Position numbers and translations under genes: made by a program | From: Trichosphaerium sp. ATCC 40318 | Lineage: Eukaryota; Protista; Tubulinea | Direction of reading: 5' to 3' | NCBI GenBank assembly: GCA_038496445.1 | Contig: JALMLS010000314.1 | Span: 1 to 39,864, forward strand | DNA length: 39,864 nucleotides | In this document: positions 10,272-26,996 of the stretch, piece by piece | How the letters are laid out: every line of letters begins with the position of its first letter | Numbering within the stretch: position 1 is the first letter of the stretch | Notes under the pieces: model-generated | Told to the model about the DNA's origin: nothing | Database searches by the model: none | Seen by the model: the letters and a program-made list of their open reading frames with translations, nothing else

Positions 10272-13011
10272 CTACTTCTTTGTATTTTCGAGTTGGGCTA
10301 TTTTGGCAAGCAGAAGGGTGTTGCTCTCTTGTAGGCTAGTTATGGTTTGTGATAAGTTGATAATTTCTTGTTGTTTAGTTGAATTATCTTGCTTTAGTGC
10401 AATGACGGTTTTTGTTAAGTGGGCAATGTCTTGTCGCTGGGTTGCAGTGGTTTGCTGTAAATTCTCATTACTTTTTTTGAGTGAGGCCACCTTTGCTTTT
10501 TGTTTGAGATTGCCATAGTCAGTATTTGATTGTTTGTCATTAGTTGTGTCCATATCATGGGCAGCCCACAATTTTCTAATACAAAATATGAGTTTAATTA
10601 CAGAACAATTTGTCTTACCGGTTACTAATGAAATTATCTTCATTGTCAGAAAGATCATCATCTGAATCACCACCGACTAGCTCTGAAACTTTCTGTTTCT
10701 TTATCTTTTTATCTCCTTTCTTGGCTTTTTTTTTGATCCTTCTTTTCTTACTCTGCTCTTTTGGGGCAAGTTTGAGAACATAGCGAGCAACAGCTTGAGT
10801 ATCTGATTGCATACTGTTAGTTTATAGACCATAAATATACTGTTTGTTTTTGAATGTACCTTGTCCGACAACAAGCTCATCATACACTGCATTTGCAACT
10901 TTATCTTCTGTGACAGGTGTACCTAAGCTATCAACCAATGTGTAATGACTTTGGTAGCCTGGTTGTATTGGCTGTCCTCTTAACTTGTCGGTTGGTTGTA
11001 CCTTTTTATAATGCTTAATACAAATAGTGAACATATGTTGTCAGTGTACAGGGTATACATTGCCAGGAGTGACAAGACTCAAAATAACTGTTTTTTCTTT
11101 GGTTCCTCCATTGTCATATGAACAGGCATACTTTATACTCCGCTAAAGTGGAATCAACAACGGAATGTGACTTTGGTTTTGCATACTGTAAAATAAATGC
11201 CTTGACCATAGTATCCAGCATCCAAAGCACTCACAGTTCCGAAACCAGCCTTGACTATACTGTAAGCTGCTTTTTCAGTTGTTCCGTGAACCATCAATAT
11301 CACTGGTAACTAAACAGGTGTGAGTGTAAGATATTGTTGATGAACATCACCTGTCCTTCTGTACTGTCTTCTTTTAAATTGTATGTACTTTCATATTCCT
11401 GAGTGGGTATGGCATTGTATTTAATGAAAACGCTCTCTGTATACTTTCTGTTGATGTAATCTTGCTTTTTAAACAATTTTGGCAGTTCTCTAAAAAACAT
11501 ATGAATGGTTCATTAAAATGACTACATAAACTGCAAAATAAACGTACTGATGCCTGGTGTTTAGTATTTTGTTGGATCGACCAAAGTTTTCTGTCAAGAT
11601 TTCATTGTAAACAAGAGTCGCTTCAACAATGTTGTATTTGTCATAGCCATGCATTTTTGACATATCTTGCTGTAGGATTTTGAGTTCTCTTACCGCCACT
11701 CTGTCATTGGTATCAAGAAGATTCAGCATTCTATAGTGTGTCGCCTTTGTAATAACACCTCTTTGTTCAAAAATTGAATTGCAAAAACCAAAACATGACA
11801 TTAAACGCACGTGCTTTTAGATCTATCCCAAGAGTGTGCAAAATACAATCGTGGATTTAGATCCCACGTGTTTTTACTTTTTAATCCTTCAATGGTTTTA
11901 GAATTTGCTAAAGCAAAACAATATAGTGATACCTGTACTGTCATCTCGTTTTTGGATTGCATAGTGTCGGAGACGCAAAGTTGGCCATGTATTGTCAGGC
12001 AAATCCGACAAGATACCTTTCATTAAATGTTCATCTTGTTTCCATCTGAAAAACTACACAAAGCAGTTACATAGTATAGCAATTTGTGGACAGTACTTGG
12101 TCTATGCTATAGTGCTTGCATATAGAACAAATGAAGTAACAAATTCCTTTTTCCATTGCCAGTCTGAAATAATAACGTGTTGGCTAAAGTTGTATGATTA
12201 GTAAGAACTTACATATTTCATATTAGCATGCCAAATACCAAAGCCAGTGCTTAAGATTTTCTTCAGAGAAAAGAAAATTTCTCCATAGTTCACGGCTTTG
12301 TGTACCACTTGGACAGTGTTTTAAAAAAGTTATAAATGCTTCAACAGATCCAGGAACTTTTGAAATTACTCGTTCCAATAACATGAAAAGAAATTCTTGC
12401 CACTTTGTTTTGTGAGGTGATACAACTACAACCAAACAGTTTGTAAATTACGTTCAAACAATAAGTACAATAGTACCTGAATCAGTTATTCTACCTTCAT
12501 TAAGAGCGTCACTATTTGCAATAGCACTGATTAACAGGGGTATAGTTTTATTAAATCCTCTTTGCACTAAATAGCAACATGATTAAACACATGTTGTATC
12601 TCATATGTAATATTACCTGCAGCAATCAAAGCTGTCCTTCCATCTTCACCAACAGCCTCAATGTTCGCATTGGCATCAATTAGCAGTGACACCACCTTAT
12701 TGTGCCCATTACATGCTAAAATAGTAACATGAGTAAACACTTTGTATCTCGTAAGGCGTTACCTGCACGAATCAAAGATGTCCTCCCCTCTTCATCAACA
12801 TTCTCATTCACTTCAATTAATGATGAAACAATTTCGTTGTAGCCATTTTTTGCTACAATCAATCAGCTATTTGCATAGCAAGCAGTGCATACATACCTGT
12901 ATAACAAGACGCAAACCCGATGAGGCGGCTTGAAACGTGTAGTTCATCTTTAAAGGGGTGGTTGCCAACAAGATAATGTAATAAAGCGTCTTCACTCTGT
13001 GGTTCCCCCAT
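10272..13011 (-). CDS. Short ankyrin-PARP (ADP-ribosyltransferase) paralog, multi-exon, about 2-3 ankyrin exons
   Basis: Spliced PARP core: MVHGTTEKAAYSIVKAGF...GYYGQGIYFT-RSIKYACSY...SLVTPGN...AVYDELVVGQ-DTQAVARYVL. Lys-rich linker and coiled-coil tail. Ankyrin exons at about 12617-12855. The 5' end is tentative. Confidence 0.85.
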
Positions 13012-15268
13012 GACACGTTGTCACTCTTGAAGTTATTGTAAAGCTTGTATTAAGCGGTGTGACTTGCTTCTCGGATTTTTCGGAAAGCTTAATTGGGTTT
13101 GTGTTTTGCTGAATGTCGTACTAACGCGATATTATTTTCGTCTTGATAAGTGTTGATTCGTAAAACAAAAAAAAAACGGTTTTGTATTTGCTAAACGAAT
13201 TTGTTTCCAAAAAGGTAGTAATCACGTTCCTTTATATTATTCAGTATTGTTTTTAGTGTTTGCTTAACGTTTCACAGTTACAAGCAGTCATAGCGCAATC
13301 AATTTAAATATTTACCCATACACTGTTAGCAATGCAACTATTGACATAGTGTCGCGATACCAGGTTAAAGCACAAGGGCATAAGTTGCGAACCGTTCACT
13401 TTTGTGCACATGATAATATTCCGACATGCTTGTTGTAGTAGTGGCTATTACTTCACACCCAACGGGTTGTATCAATAAAACAGCCACTAAAAGTATTGTG
13501 CTCACCAAAAAGAACTAGTTCAGTTAATAGAAAGAAAAACCTGCTTGCGCGGCAACTGGTGGCTTAAAAAGATTTTCCTCGTGTTTAAGTAAGGTCAATC
13601 TATGCTATGTACGTAAGTTATAGGACGCGAAATAGCGTTATATCTCGGTATCTCATAGAGCCCGTTGGAACTTGTTTCAAGCTTATTTATAGATATGTTG
13701 CCCACCCGTATTGTAGGTATATTGGAATAATAACGGGCTACTTAGAACCCACTAGATGAACATGTAAGCCCACCATCTTGTTACATCCCTCTGTTACCCT
13801 TTTTGCTGCCGTTCTGCAAGCCATCATCCCTTTATCACCCAAGCCAATCTGCGAAGCCGCTAAACTCTTAAACCTACAATGTAAAGCCCTGGAATCTATC
13901 CTTCTTTCTGCCTACTGTACGCCAAGCAGTGAAGTTACTTCGGCCAATCAATAGTTAATAATCATGAACTATTTATATAGGCACAAAATACTAAAATCAA
14001 GTGTTGAGGTACCACTCAATTCTACTAACACTGCTTCCAAATACCCACACGAACTACACGCACAACATACATGCCTTTGAAAAAACAGGAATACCATGTG
14101 AGCATTCTATGCAGTAGCCAAATTTCGAGTTGCATGCATATAAAAACCCAATCAAAATTGTTCTTGATACGCTGTATCTACCTTGTTACCGTGCTTAACG
14201 CTATTGAGAATGCGTTCGAGTAAAGAATTTATGCTGTAGCGAATTTGCAAAGATATGTTTGCAAAGGTCTGCTACCAACCGACGTAAATAGACGGATTTG
14301 TTGTGACTTTTCTATAATTCGTTTTGGCTTTTAGGTCTCTCACAATACACAAAGCCCTTTTGTGGCTTGTGGTTTTTGCATAACAATGAGACAGTTTAAT
14401 AACCCAATATACACTGCACCACAATTTTGGCTATAGCCTTGTAACTGAAATGTTCGTGAAGACAAAGAAAAGTTAGTTGAAAAATGACATTTAAAGACGT
14501 TTCTAAAACAAATTGGTGAAAAGCTTTCTCGGCAAGTGCCTGCTGATAAAAATGCTCATAAACAAAACAATTTGTGCACTAGAAAATGCTATTAAACTTT
14601 CCTCCACTTTTTGGCACCTCTTTCGGCACAACTAGACCGTTTTCTAAGTTGTCACCCACGTGATAAAACAAAACAAATGAAAACCCTGTTAAACAGCGTA
14701 ATAGCATCAATGAACGAATTTCCACGCGTCGTAAAATTACTACCGCATCCCAGTGCACGGTTTTACGGATTTTCCCATTCATTTTGTAAAAGCTCTTTGA
14801 ACTCTAAAACAAACATCGTGTGTGGTTTTTCTAGCGTCGTGATAGTTTAAAAATACGACTGAATAGATTTTTGATGTAGTTTTTACGTATGAAGTTTCTT
14901 CTTTGGTAAAACTAGATTTACCTCTCCTGTACGATCGCGAAAGCACATCTAACAGGTACGTTACGCACATAACAGTTATAATATAAAACGAGATAACCGT
15001 TTATCCCCGTTCTGTACAAAAAGCTTTTCGGACCTTTTTTTTCTAAAACAACTCCTTCTTATCCCCACCTTTTGCTGTGGGTGTTATTTGAAAGGAAAAG
15101 TTCTTTTATTCTTTAACAACAAGGCCCACCTTTCGTTAAAAGATTAACGCGAAAATTAACGTCAACTTTTACGTGTATCACGTTACTACAATTATCTTGG
15201 CCTTTCGGCTTTGTTTTAAAAAAAAGCGAGTTAATCTAACTTGTCAACCTTCTAACGCTCTAAAGGTC

Positions 15269-17783
<2,515 letters not shown>

Positions 17784-18082
17784 AACCAAGCTATCTCTCT
17801 CTACCTCTACTTGTTTATTAATCAAAAAAAAAACTACAACATCAGGAGAGCCCAATTGTAAACCTCCATTAAATCCATCAACAAACCAACCCTTTCTTTT
17901 CACACCCTTAGCTAGCTGTTTTTTTTTTCCTTGATTTTTCTTACTTTTTTTTTTTGGTTTCTCAAGAAAATTTGATTTCTCTCTCTGTTGCTGCTTCGTT
18001 ATTGAAAAACAATTGTTCCCCTCCTTAAATCTATAATCTCTCTACCGTTGTTGGTCTATGTGCTCAAAATTTTTATGGTTAG

Positions 18083-20952
18083 GAAGCTGCAGCGGCGCTT
18101 GCAGAAAAAACTGAGCCAAAAAAACCAGAAGGAGGTTCTCAGTTTGTGGATTTTTCGAAACCAAACAATCCAATATCTCTCAAACCTGTTGGTGTTGCTA
18201 AGCCTGGAACAGTTGAAGGTCCTCTATGCGGTGGTACTGCTGATGAGTTACCAAACGAGCGTAAAAAGGCTACATTCGATATTGAAACAATGACGAATAT
18301 TTTGGACGGTGGTCCTAAAAAAACAGCCAGAAGACGTTGGGTATTGGCTCCAAGTGAAGACCATGGTCAATTTGAGAATCGTTATTACTGGGATAGACCA
18401 GAAATGATGAGCCAGCATATTAAAGGATTCATTGAGATTCACAAGCAGTTTGCTTTTAAATACTTGCCTACACGTGAGGAGATATCATGGATGACTGAAA
18501 ACACTATCATGAGTGGTACATTGATGAATCACTACGGATTGTACGGCTACGTTTTGATGAAAACGAAGTTCTCTTTGACTGATGTCTATTCAATTTTTGT
18601 GAACAACAGATTTTTTGTTTTTGTGTTTTTTCAGAAGCTGACGAATATCTTTTTCTCTTTTAGGTTCTTACCTACAATATCTGGAATGGCAAGCCCAGAT
18701 CAAGTTGCTGAATGGATACCTCAAATCATTACTATGCAAATCATCGGTGCTTACGCACAGACAGGTTCGTTTATTTTCTTTTTTTTTTTCAATAAAAACT
18801 CCTTTGATATTCTTGGATGCGTTGCTTCATTGGTACTTACTGTTTTTTTCAAAAAGAGCTTGGACATGGTTCTAACGTCAGAGGTCTACGTACAATGGCT
18901 ACTTATGACAAGGAGACAAAGACATTCATTATGAATACACCTACTTTACGTTCTATTAAATGGTGGCCTGGTACTCTTGGAAAAGTAGCAACACATGCTG
19001 TTGTATACGCACAACTCATCATTGATGGTAACGAATATGGTGTACATGTGTTCTTTATGCAAATACGTGATGAAAACCACAGACCTCTTCCTGGTATTGA
19101 ACTAGGTGATTTGGGACCAAAACTTGGAGATGGCGCTAATGATACTGGTTTTATGAGACTTGATAATGTCAGGTATGTCTTTCTTTATGATCATCACGTG
19201 TATTTTGATGAGTCTCTCTTTTGATGGTTTGTATTAATTGTTTGCTTTTCTTGTAGGATACCTTTGTTTAACATGTTGGCTCGTCATCAACAAGTTACAC
19301 CTGAAGGAGAGTATGTTAAGTCTGATAAGAAGAAAGATCCAAAGATGCACTATGCTACTATGATGTTTACTAGAGGTACCATGGTACGTGGTGCTGGTGG
19401 TTCTCTAGCTAGAGCTGTATGCATAGCAACACGCTACAGTTGTGTACGAAGGTACGTATCTCGCTAAACAAAAAAGCAAAAACGTTGTTATTGACCAAAA
19501 CGTTCAGACAAGGATTCGTCGATACTGATCAAGGTGTTCCTTACAAATCACCAGAAATGAAGATTATTGACTACCAAGTACAAAGGTATGTATTTTATCT
19601 AAATTAGCTTCACCAGTACTTTGTGCACGTGTTCGATGTTAAATTTTTTTTTCTTACTTTTTCTTCTTTTTAGGTACCGTCTCTTCAAGCAAATGGCTCT
19701 TGCGTATGCCATTAAGTTCTCTGGTAAATGGATGATACAAAGTTTCGCTGCTCTAGAAGGATCAAGCACCGCTACATCAATCATTTCAGACACGAAAGCG
19801 CTTAAAGAAGTAGCAGCTACCTCAGCTGGATTAAAAGGTTTATGTACCTTCCTTGTTGCTCAAGGTACGGCCTTTGAAATTTCTGTATTCCTTCTGATGA
19901 ACGATTAATAACTTGTTCAATAGGCATAGAAGACTGCAGAAAATGTTGTGGCGGTAATGGTTATCTCCTAAACTCAGGAGTTGCTGCACTTGCCGGAGAT
20001 TATGTTTGGCAAACAACTGCTGAAGGAGATTGGATTCTTCTCATGCTCTTGACAGCCAGGTTCTTGCTCAAGACACTTGGTAAGGTCCAACAAGGTAATA
20101 AGGTAACTGGACCTTGCGCCTACATGGCACCAGCAGGAGGTATGATTTCATCAAACAAACAACTTGCCAAAGACTTGTTTTGCTAATTTTTTACCAAGCG
20201 TCCAATTTTGATATTCGTTCTGCTGCTCCTAGAGCGCCTACTTGCGTAGAGGACTTTCTTGATCCTAAATTTTTGCTTGCTTGGTTCCACTACAGGTCCC
20301 TTTGTATTATTGTCGATGTTGAGAATAGATTCAAGAGGATGCTTGGAGAAGGAAAGAGTTATGCTGAAGTTTGGAATGCTAATTCTATCGAGTTGATAAA
20401 TGCAACAAAATCTCATTGTCTTGCTTTTATGCTGTCCAACTTCATCGATGAGATTCAGGATATCTCTGATGCTAAGTCAAGCCAAGCTTTGCATAAGGTT
20501 TGTGCGTTATTTGGTACTACCAGGATACTTGATGATAACTGGACAGGCTTATTTGATGCTAAAGGGTACGTTGTTTTTTGTTGGTTTTATTTCGTTTTTT
20601 TTTGTATTCCTCACGTGCTGATTGGTTTTTTTTCCAGTTTCGGTTTCTGTAAGCAAGCTGTTAGACAGCTTCTTGATGATTTAAGACCTGACGCCATATC
20701 TCTAACTGATGCTTGGGATATTCCTGACCGTGTATTGAACTCTACATTGGGTAGAAAAGACGGTACGAATGAAAAATACTTTTTAATCAACTAGCTGATT
20801 TCTCATGTTCAGGAAACGTCTATGAAGCGCTCTGGGAGGCTACAAAGAAAGCTCCATTTAACCAAAGAGATCCTTTTGTTGGTTTCAAAGAGTCTCTAGC
20901 ACCTCACTTGGATAAAGAGTTCTTGAAGCGCCATAACAAATCAAATCTTTAA
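18083..20952 (+). CDS. Peroxisomal acyl-CoA oxidase (ACOX1-like) coding exons; no own start codon; ends in SNL
   Basis: ERKKATFD...ILDGG, AYAQTELGHGSNVRGLRT, KWWPG, RYSCVRRQ, CGGNGY, TTAEGD (catalytic Glu position), LNSTLGRKDGNVYE. C-terminus NKSNL*, AATAAA at about 21004. The frame opens directly after TAG at 18080-18082. Confidence 0.92.
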
Positions 20953-21189
20953 CTGTTCTAAAAACCTCTCTTGTTGAAGTTTTTTTCACCTTGTGTATCT
21001 ATCAATAAATAAAGAGCAACTTTTATTGCAACACTTGTTTGAAGGTTTACATTGCAAACATATGCAAAGCTTATTGTAAGGCCTATCTGAGTTTTGTTCT
21101 AGAGCACAAAGTTTTTCTGTCACTTAAATTGATTTGTATGTACACCTGAAAGTGGTACAAGCAAATCGACTTTTGTATGTACATAAAAG

Positions 21190-21680
21190 ATTAATGGTGT
21201 GTACACCTGCAAGGTATCTCATACATGAACGTGTGATGGCTTAACAACTTGAAAGATCTATGCTCTTGACACCAACCAATACTGAAACACCGTTTGTTAC
21301 TAATGTTCCTCCTAAATTAATTGTATGTAACATGCTAGCGCTGAAAAGCCTACATTTGTGATGAACACGCACCAGGCCAAATCTATAGAATGTGTACCTG
21401 TAATGAGATACCTTCATCTTTTACAGATATAAGATAACTTAATTTGTTAACCAAGCAACTTTGACAAAAAGAATCTGAACTTAGAATGCCAGTTTTGTAT
21501 GGTACTCCAGCAAGGGTTTATTCCAATAAACCTGAGGTATTTAACAAGAGGCAACAATCCTGAGTCTATGATACCAGTACAGTGTAAGGTCAAACAATGT
21601 GCACCAACGATATGTTTTGATCCTTCATCTGTTACGTTTCCCCATACAATCTCTAAGGAGAGAACAACAGAAAGATATGA
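21190..21680 (-). pseudogene. Degenerate LRR gene remnant
   Basis: VTDEGSKHIVGAHCLTLHCTGIIDSGLLPLV and further frameshifted GVHT/DEGIS-type repeat fragments. Confidence 0.6.
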
Positions 21681-22060
21681 TTGATTTTTATCTGTAGGGC
21701 TGTTTAACACTATTTTGGTGTTCTTCAGAAGCGGGATTCCGCCAATACGAGAATAACACGTGATACGAATTCTAATGTAACCAACATGATGGTGAACTAT
21801 GCCTGATAAATATTTACAAGCTTTGAGAAACGAGATATCGAGATCCGCTGTCGGACGACGTAAAAAGTTGGACTTTAAGAGAATGCTAGCCTTATGGTAA
21901 CAAGTTTGCCGATGTGATTGCGATCTAGCTACCTTGAAGCTTGTGATACTAAACTTATGCCATCAACACCAAGTTTACACTATCTTAACCACTTTACGAA
22001 CTTAACCTACACCAATAGTTTTATTTGAAATTGGCGTAGCAGGCCAACCAACTTAGTGTA

Positions 22061-22573
22061 ATGGCTTCGTCGCTTTTGGGCTTACCCACTGAACTTCACT
22101 ATATCATTACATCTATTGATAACTCTGTTTTTATAGTTTGGCCACTACTATGCAAGCAAACAGCAACGACATCTAGATTCTCATACGATTTGGTAAAAAA
22201 CGGTGTTTTTAAAAAGTGGGCCTTTCAACAGCTTGTAGAAGTACAATCTTTTACTATGGGCGTACGTGATGGTCAGTGTAAACAATGGTATAAGAATGGA
22301 ACCAAAAAGAGCGAACTTGGGTTTAAAAACGGACAAAGAAGTGGCGTATCAAGGAAATGGTATCAAAACGGACAACTCTATGAAGTTTGTTGCTACAACA
22401 ATAATGTATTAGAAGGGGATTGTACTAAATGGTACGCTAGTGGTAAGGTGTACATGAAAAAGACATACAAAGAGGGTAAGGAAATAGGTAAATCCGAGTA
22501 TTGGAATGAAGATGGTACAATTGAAAAAGCATACATTATTGATAAGAATAGAAAGCGCACGTGGTTGCATTAA
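22061..22573 (+). CDS. F-box-like + MORN-variant repeat protein (copy 2)
   Basis: About 8 aa differences from 6196-6708. Confidence 0.82.
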   Translation: MASSLLGLPTELHYIITSIDNSVFIVWPLLCKQTATTSRFSYDLVKNGVFKKWAFQQLVEVQSFTMGVRDGQCKQWYKNGTKKSELGFKNGQRSGVSRKWYQNGQLYEVCCYNNNVLEGDCTKWYASGKVYMKKTYKEGKEIGKSEYWNEDGTIEKAYIIDKNRKRTWLH

Positions 22574-22933
22574 AAAACAAGATTTGGTGTCAAAATAAAT
22601 TGATACTTTTTACAGTGTTTCCACACCTAGTTCCTCAACAAAAGCAAGGAATGAATGCATTTGTAAGTCAATGCTGCTTTCAACTGGTTTTGTGTTTGTA
22701 ATGCATCGAATCAATGTCATTAGAAAATAAAACAAGCGTGCCTAATCAACAAACAGTGGAGACTTCAAGTCCTGTATACGAGGCACACACATATTGCCCT
22801 GGTGAATTTAAGCTCTTACAAATGTTGTATGTGAGGTTGGAAAAAAGTTTGAGCGGCCAGTGACAGGTGGATTAACATTGAAGTATTTTTATTAATAGAA
22901 CACTGACTAAGGTGTTTGAAAATGTCTTTTCGC

Positions 22934-24151
22934 TTACAACCCTACCAATCTTCTTTGTAAAAAAGCCTTAGATATAACTCTAACACCAAGTGCATTTACT
23001 CCACGACAATTATGTAATGATATTGTATCAGCTTCTTTTGCAAGTGCTTCAACACCTTCATTGGTGACTTTTGTTTGACCTAAATAAATAGTATGAGCAC
23101 CAACAAGAGCTTTTACACCTCTATCTGTAACATTGGTCGCTGATAATCCTATAGTATGTACACCAGCAAGAGGTACAATACCAGAGTCAGTTATTTGATG
23201 ACAATACTGAAGATTAATTGTATGAGCACCAGCTAAAGCTCTAACACCAAGATTTGTGATATTTTTACAATCTACCAACCAAATAGTGTGAACGCCAGAG
23301 AGCGATTTTAAACCTTCATCTGTTACTTCTGTTTCACTTAACTTTATACTATAAACACCAGAAAGACATTTAATACTATCATCAGTAGCATGAGTGTACT
23401 GTAAGTTAATTGTATGAACACCAGCCAATGACTTAATACCTTCATCTGTAATATTCTCACAGTCTTCTAAATCAATGGCATGTACACCAAAAAGTGATTT
23501 GATCCCAACATCACCTACATTTGTATACTTGAGACTTATAGTATGAACACCTGATAGATAAGATATTCCCTTATCGGTTATTCTTGAGCACATTGACAAG
23601 TTTATTGTGTGAACACCTTGTAACGCTTGAATTCCTTTATCAGAAACAAAGGTATCCGACAAGTCAATATAATAAACTCCAGATAGATAGGATAAACCTT
23701 CATCTGTGATACGACGACAGTCACTGAGTTTTATTGTATGTACTCCAGATAACGCTTTAAAACCTTCACCTGTGATCGAATGACAACCGGATAAATCTAT
23801 GCAATGTACTCCCGAGAGTGCAAATAGACCTTTATCTGTGATTCTACTAGCTCTCCTTAAAGCTATATTACGTACACCTGATAGTTTTAATAGTCTTCTG
23901 TTCGATATGGACGGGTAGCATGTTATTCTAGCCTTTGTGAGTAATCGTGGGTACAGTAAAAGTCTGTAAACGTCTGTCTTTGTTTTTAACCTTATGTAAC
24001 GCGTTGAGATGTATTGGATGTGTTGATCGGCAATAATCGACAACAAACGACAAACACATGATATAGAGTCCATGTCTAAGTCTAGATTGTAGCTAAGAAT
24101 ACGCACTAATAGTTCTATTGGAAGGTGTATGAGCGTGTCTACAGATTGCAT
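22934..24151 (-). CDS. F-box + LRR protein (copy 2)
   Basis: 405 aa, about 4 aa differences from 4629-5846. Confidence 0.92.
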   Translation of the reverse strand: MQSVDTLIHLPIELLVRILSYNLDLDMDSISCVCRLLSIIADQHIQYISTRYIRLKTKTDVYRLLLYPRLLTKARITCYPSISNRRLLKLSGVRNIALRRASRITDKGLFALSGVHCIDLSGCHSITGEGFKALSGVHTIKLSDCRRITDEGLSYLSGVYYIDLSDTFVSDKGIQALQGVHTINLSMCSRITDKGISYLSGVHTISLKYTNVGDVGIKSLFGVHAIDLEDCENITDEGIKSLAGVHTINLQYTHATDDSIKCLSGVYSIKLSETEVTDEGLKSLSGVHTIWLVDCKNITNLGVRALAGAHTINLQYCHQITDSGIVPLAGVHTIGLSATNVTDRGVKALVGAHTIYLGQTKVTNEGVEALAKEADTISLHNCRGVNALGVRVISKAFLQRRLVGL

Positions 24152-24626
24152 TGTTTTGTATTTTTATCGAAATTTCAATGTGTGTCGACGCGTATTTCAC
24201 GTGTGTTTAGTTGTTTTGTATGATTATCACGTGATATTATGCTACATAAATCTTGTTTAAAAATCTGACCTTTTCGGGGGTTCTAACTTACGTAGGATGT
24301 ATTTTTTTGCGTGTAGCACCCGTAAGAGTGGATCTTACTATCGTTTATTATCGTTACTCTATCCCAGTGGTCAGTTAGTGTTTAATCTTTGAAGTTTGTT
24401 ACGCGTCACGCTATGCTGCTTTGAAACGCGTTTTAAATAGATTCGAAGACTCTGCTTTGACTGCATCCCACATATCTCTACCAAACCTAGTCTTTAACTA
24501 TTGATCACAACAGAGGTACTCAATGTGAATACCTTTTTTAATTGTTTTCTACCTAATTTCAGGATTATTATCAATCAGGCAGTACCCTTTTATGTTTTAT
24601 TAATACATTGTTAGCTATATGTATTT

Positions 24627-26525
24627 TTATACTTGACGCATTGATAGTTGCACTGAAAGACCTTTGCATCTTACTGCAGGCTTTGAAACAAACTTTACGT
24701 CTTCTAGAATGCATCCAGGTGCAGGTGATATACGGAAGTGATAACACATCACTGCAGATAGTATTGCTAACTCTATGATAGCCAAATGCTGTCCTGGACA
24801 AATACGGGGAACACCGCCAAACCCAAAGTACGGAGTGACTCCTAACAAGGTTAGATTTCTGTTTCTGTCTTTTTTGAAAAAAACGAAATGCAACGAGGTT
24901 GTTATCTTACCTGGGCTATTGTATCTATCTGGGTTGAAAATCTTAGCATCTACATAGTTAGTTTCATCTTGGTAACCAGATTGAGTATTAAGAATTACAT
25001 TAGCGCCTGCAGGAATCTCAAACGCTACAGAAAAACCCACGTGTTAAAAAATATAAGGTAAGAAAAAAAAGAGAATTTTTGGCGAAAGTTTATAAGTCGT
25101 ACTCCCATGTTTTGATTGTAATTTATATGGTTTTATCGGTTTTCTGAATAATAAGAGTATAGGTCCGTATAGACGAAGTACTTCTTTCACAAAGTTCAGG
25201 AGCTTTGTGTTATTCATAAAATCAGCGAAATCGGGATTTTCTTTCTTCATCATTGGTTCAACCTCGTTGTAGATGATGTCCTGAAACTCAGGATATTTGC
25301 ACAAAACATACATCACAGAAACCATCACAGAAGCAGTTGTTTCAACTCCTGCAAGATAGATACCAAGAATATTAGACAAAATGCTTTCAGAAGTCCATAT
25401 TTCTCCATCTTTTTCAACAAGCATTTCCTAAAAAAATTTAATTTGTTAGCTTCTGGTGTTGTATTTCGAGTAGTACCTCTACTATATTTTGAGGTTTGTA
25501 TCCAGGAATCTTTAGGTTATTTTCTGCTTTCTCCATGACTTGCTTAATGAAAGGAATGACAACATTGTCCATTGAATGCATAAAGGCTTTTTCCTCCTTG
25601 TTTTCAAGTTGTCAGAGACTGTTCCAAAAAGCCGTTTAATATTGGTACCTTTGGCACCAATAAAGGTATTTTCCAATAATCAAAAGCAAACGAGTCTCTT
25701 CTTACAAGAACAACCAATAATGCTCCAAAAGCATCAAGCAACTGACGCTCTTTCTGTTCATCTTTTTTTTTGAGATTTTCAAAATAATAAATACTATGAA
25801 AAGAGCTTACCTTCAAACTTGTCTATCTTAAAAAGTAATTGAGATATAACGCCAAGAGTCATTCTTGATGTAAACTTATAAGGATCAACTATACATTCAC
25901 CGCTCTTTGCAAAGCTCTCAAGTTCATATGTCTGTGATGCAAGCACATGCAAAATCCCATCAAACTTGGATCTCAAGTATTTATTCGTAAAACCAGGGGC
26001 TACCAACTTTCTCATCACCTTCCAGTTATGGCCCTTTTGAAGCCCCAAAGAAAGATCAAGCTTAAGTGACTAGTATCGATTCAGATCAAAAGCACGTGCG
26101 TGGTAAAAATCAAAAAACCAAAAAAAAAAAAGATACTTTCAAGCCGAACCTCCACTGCTCTTGGGTTTGACACTATGTCTGATATAAAGATGTTTTTATG
26201 CTTCAGTACAGTCCTCATATCTTCAAAATCAGAAATGAACACCATTTTCTTTCCAAACACGCTAACTTGATAAACATCTCCATATTTTTGCCGCCACTAA
26301 CATAGAATGTCAAAAAAAAAATATCACGTGGGTTTTGATTGAAAATTGTTTTTTTAAACGTGCCTCTTCGAATAAATCAAGTCGGTTTTCAGGTGATTTT
26401 ATTACATCTAATAAGCTACCAATAAGAGGATATCCTTTTGGTCCTGGAATATCTGTTTTACGTTGAAACAGCCAATACATGAATACAATAGCGCATACAG
26501 AGAAAATTATGGCCGTGTACAACAT
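24627..26525 (-). CDS. Cytochrome P450 (copy 2)
   Basis: Same exons and motifs as 2244-4143. Visible differences are synonymous or intronic. Confidence 0.93.
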
Positions 26526-26996
26526 TCTACGTGCGATTATTAACTAACCGTGAACAAAGAAATACATGTGAAAGCTAGCTTATCTGTTGTGAATCGAAAA
26601 CCTGTTGTGACAGGTTTTACATCACTCAGGTACCGCGTTTGCTAATGCATGTAGCTTAGTCGTTTAAAAACACGACAAAGTTTCTTAGGCTAGAACAACA
26701 TTTCGAGATTTTGAATGCTTTTTTTTTTCAATTACTTTTTACAATGCCCATGTACGCATACTTCGCTGTTCTTAATTAGTAGGACGCTACAGTGGCTATT
26801 AATTTACATGAATCACAGTTCTTTCTCAGGTAATTGAAAGGGGAAATCGATAGCATAAGTAAGAAAATAACTTTTCGGAAATGTTCCTTCCCAGTGTTTA
26901 TTTATTAATTTTCTCTATTTACAGTCACTATATTCATCAAAAATAACACAAACTAATTCCTATGTTTGATTGTGATATCACAAAGCTTGTCAAGAG

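Noticed and set aside
13740-13900. Minus-strand stretch with a faint LRR-like peptide (QIGLGDKGMM)
   Set aside because: Too short and degenerate to support a pseudogene call.
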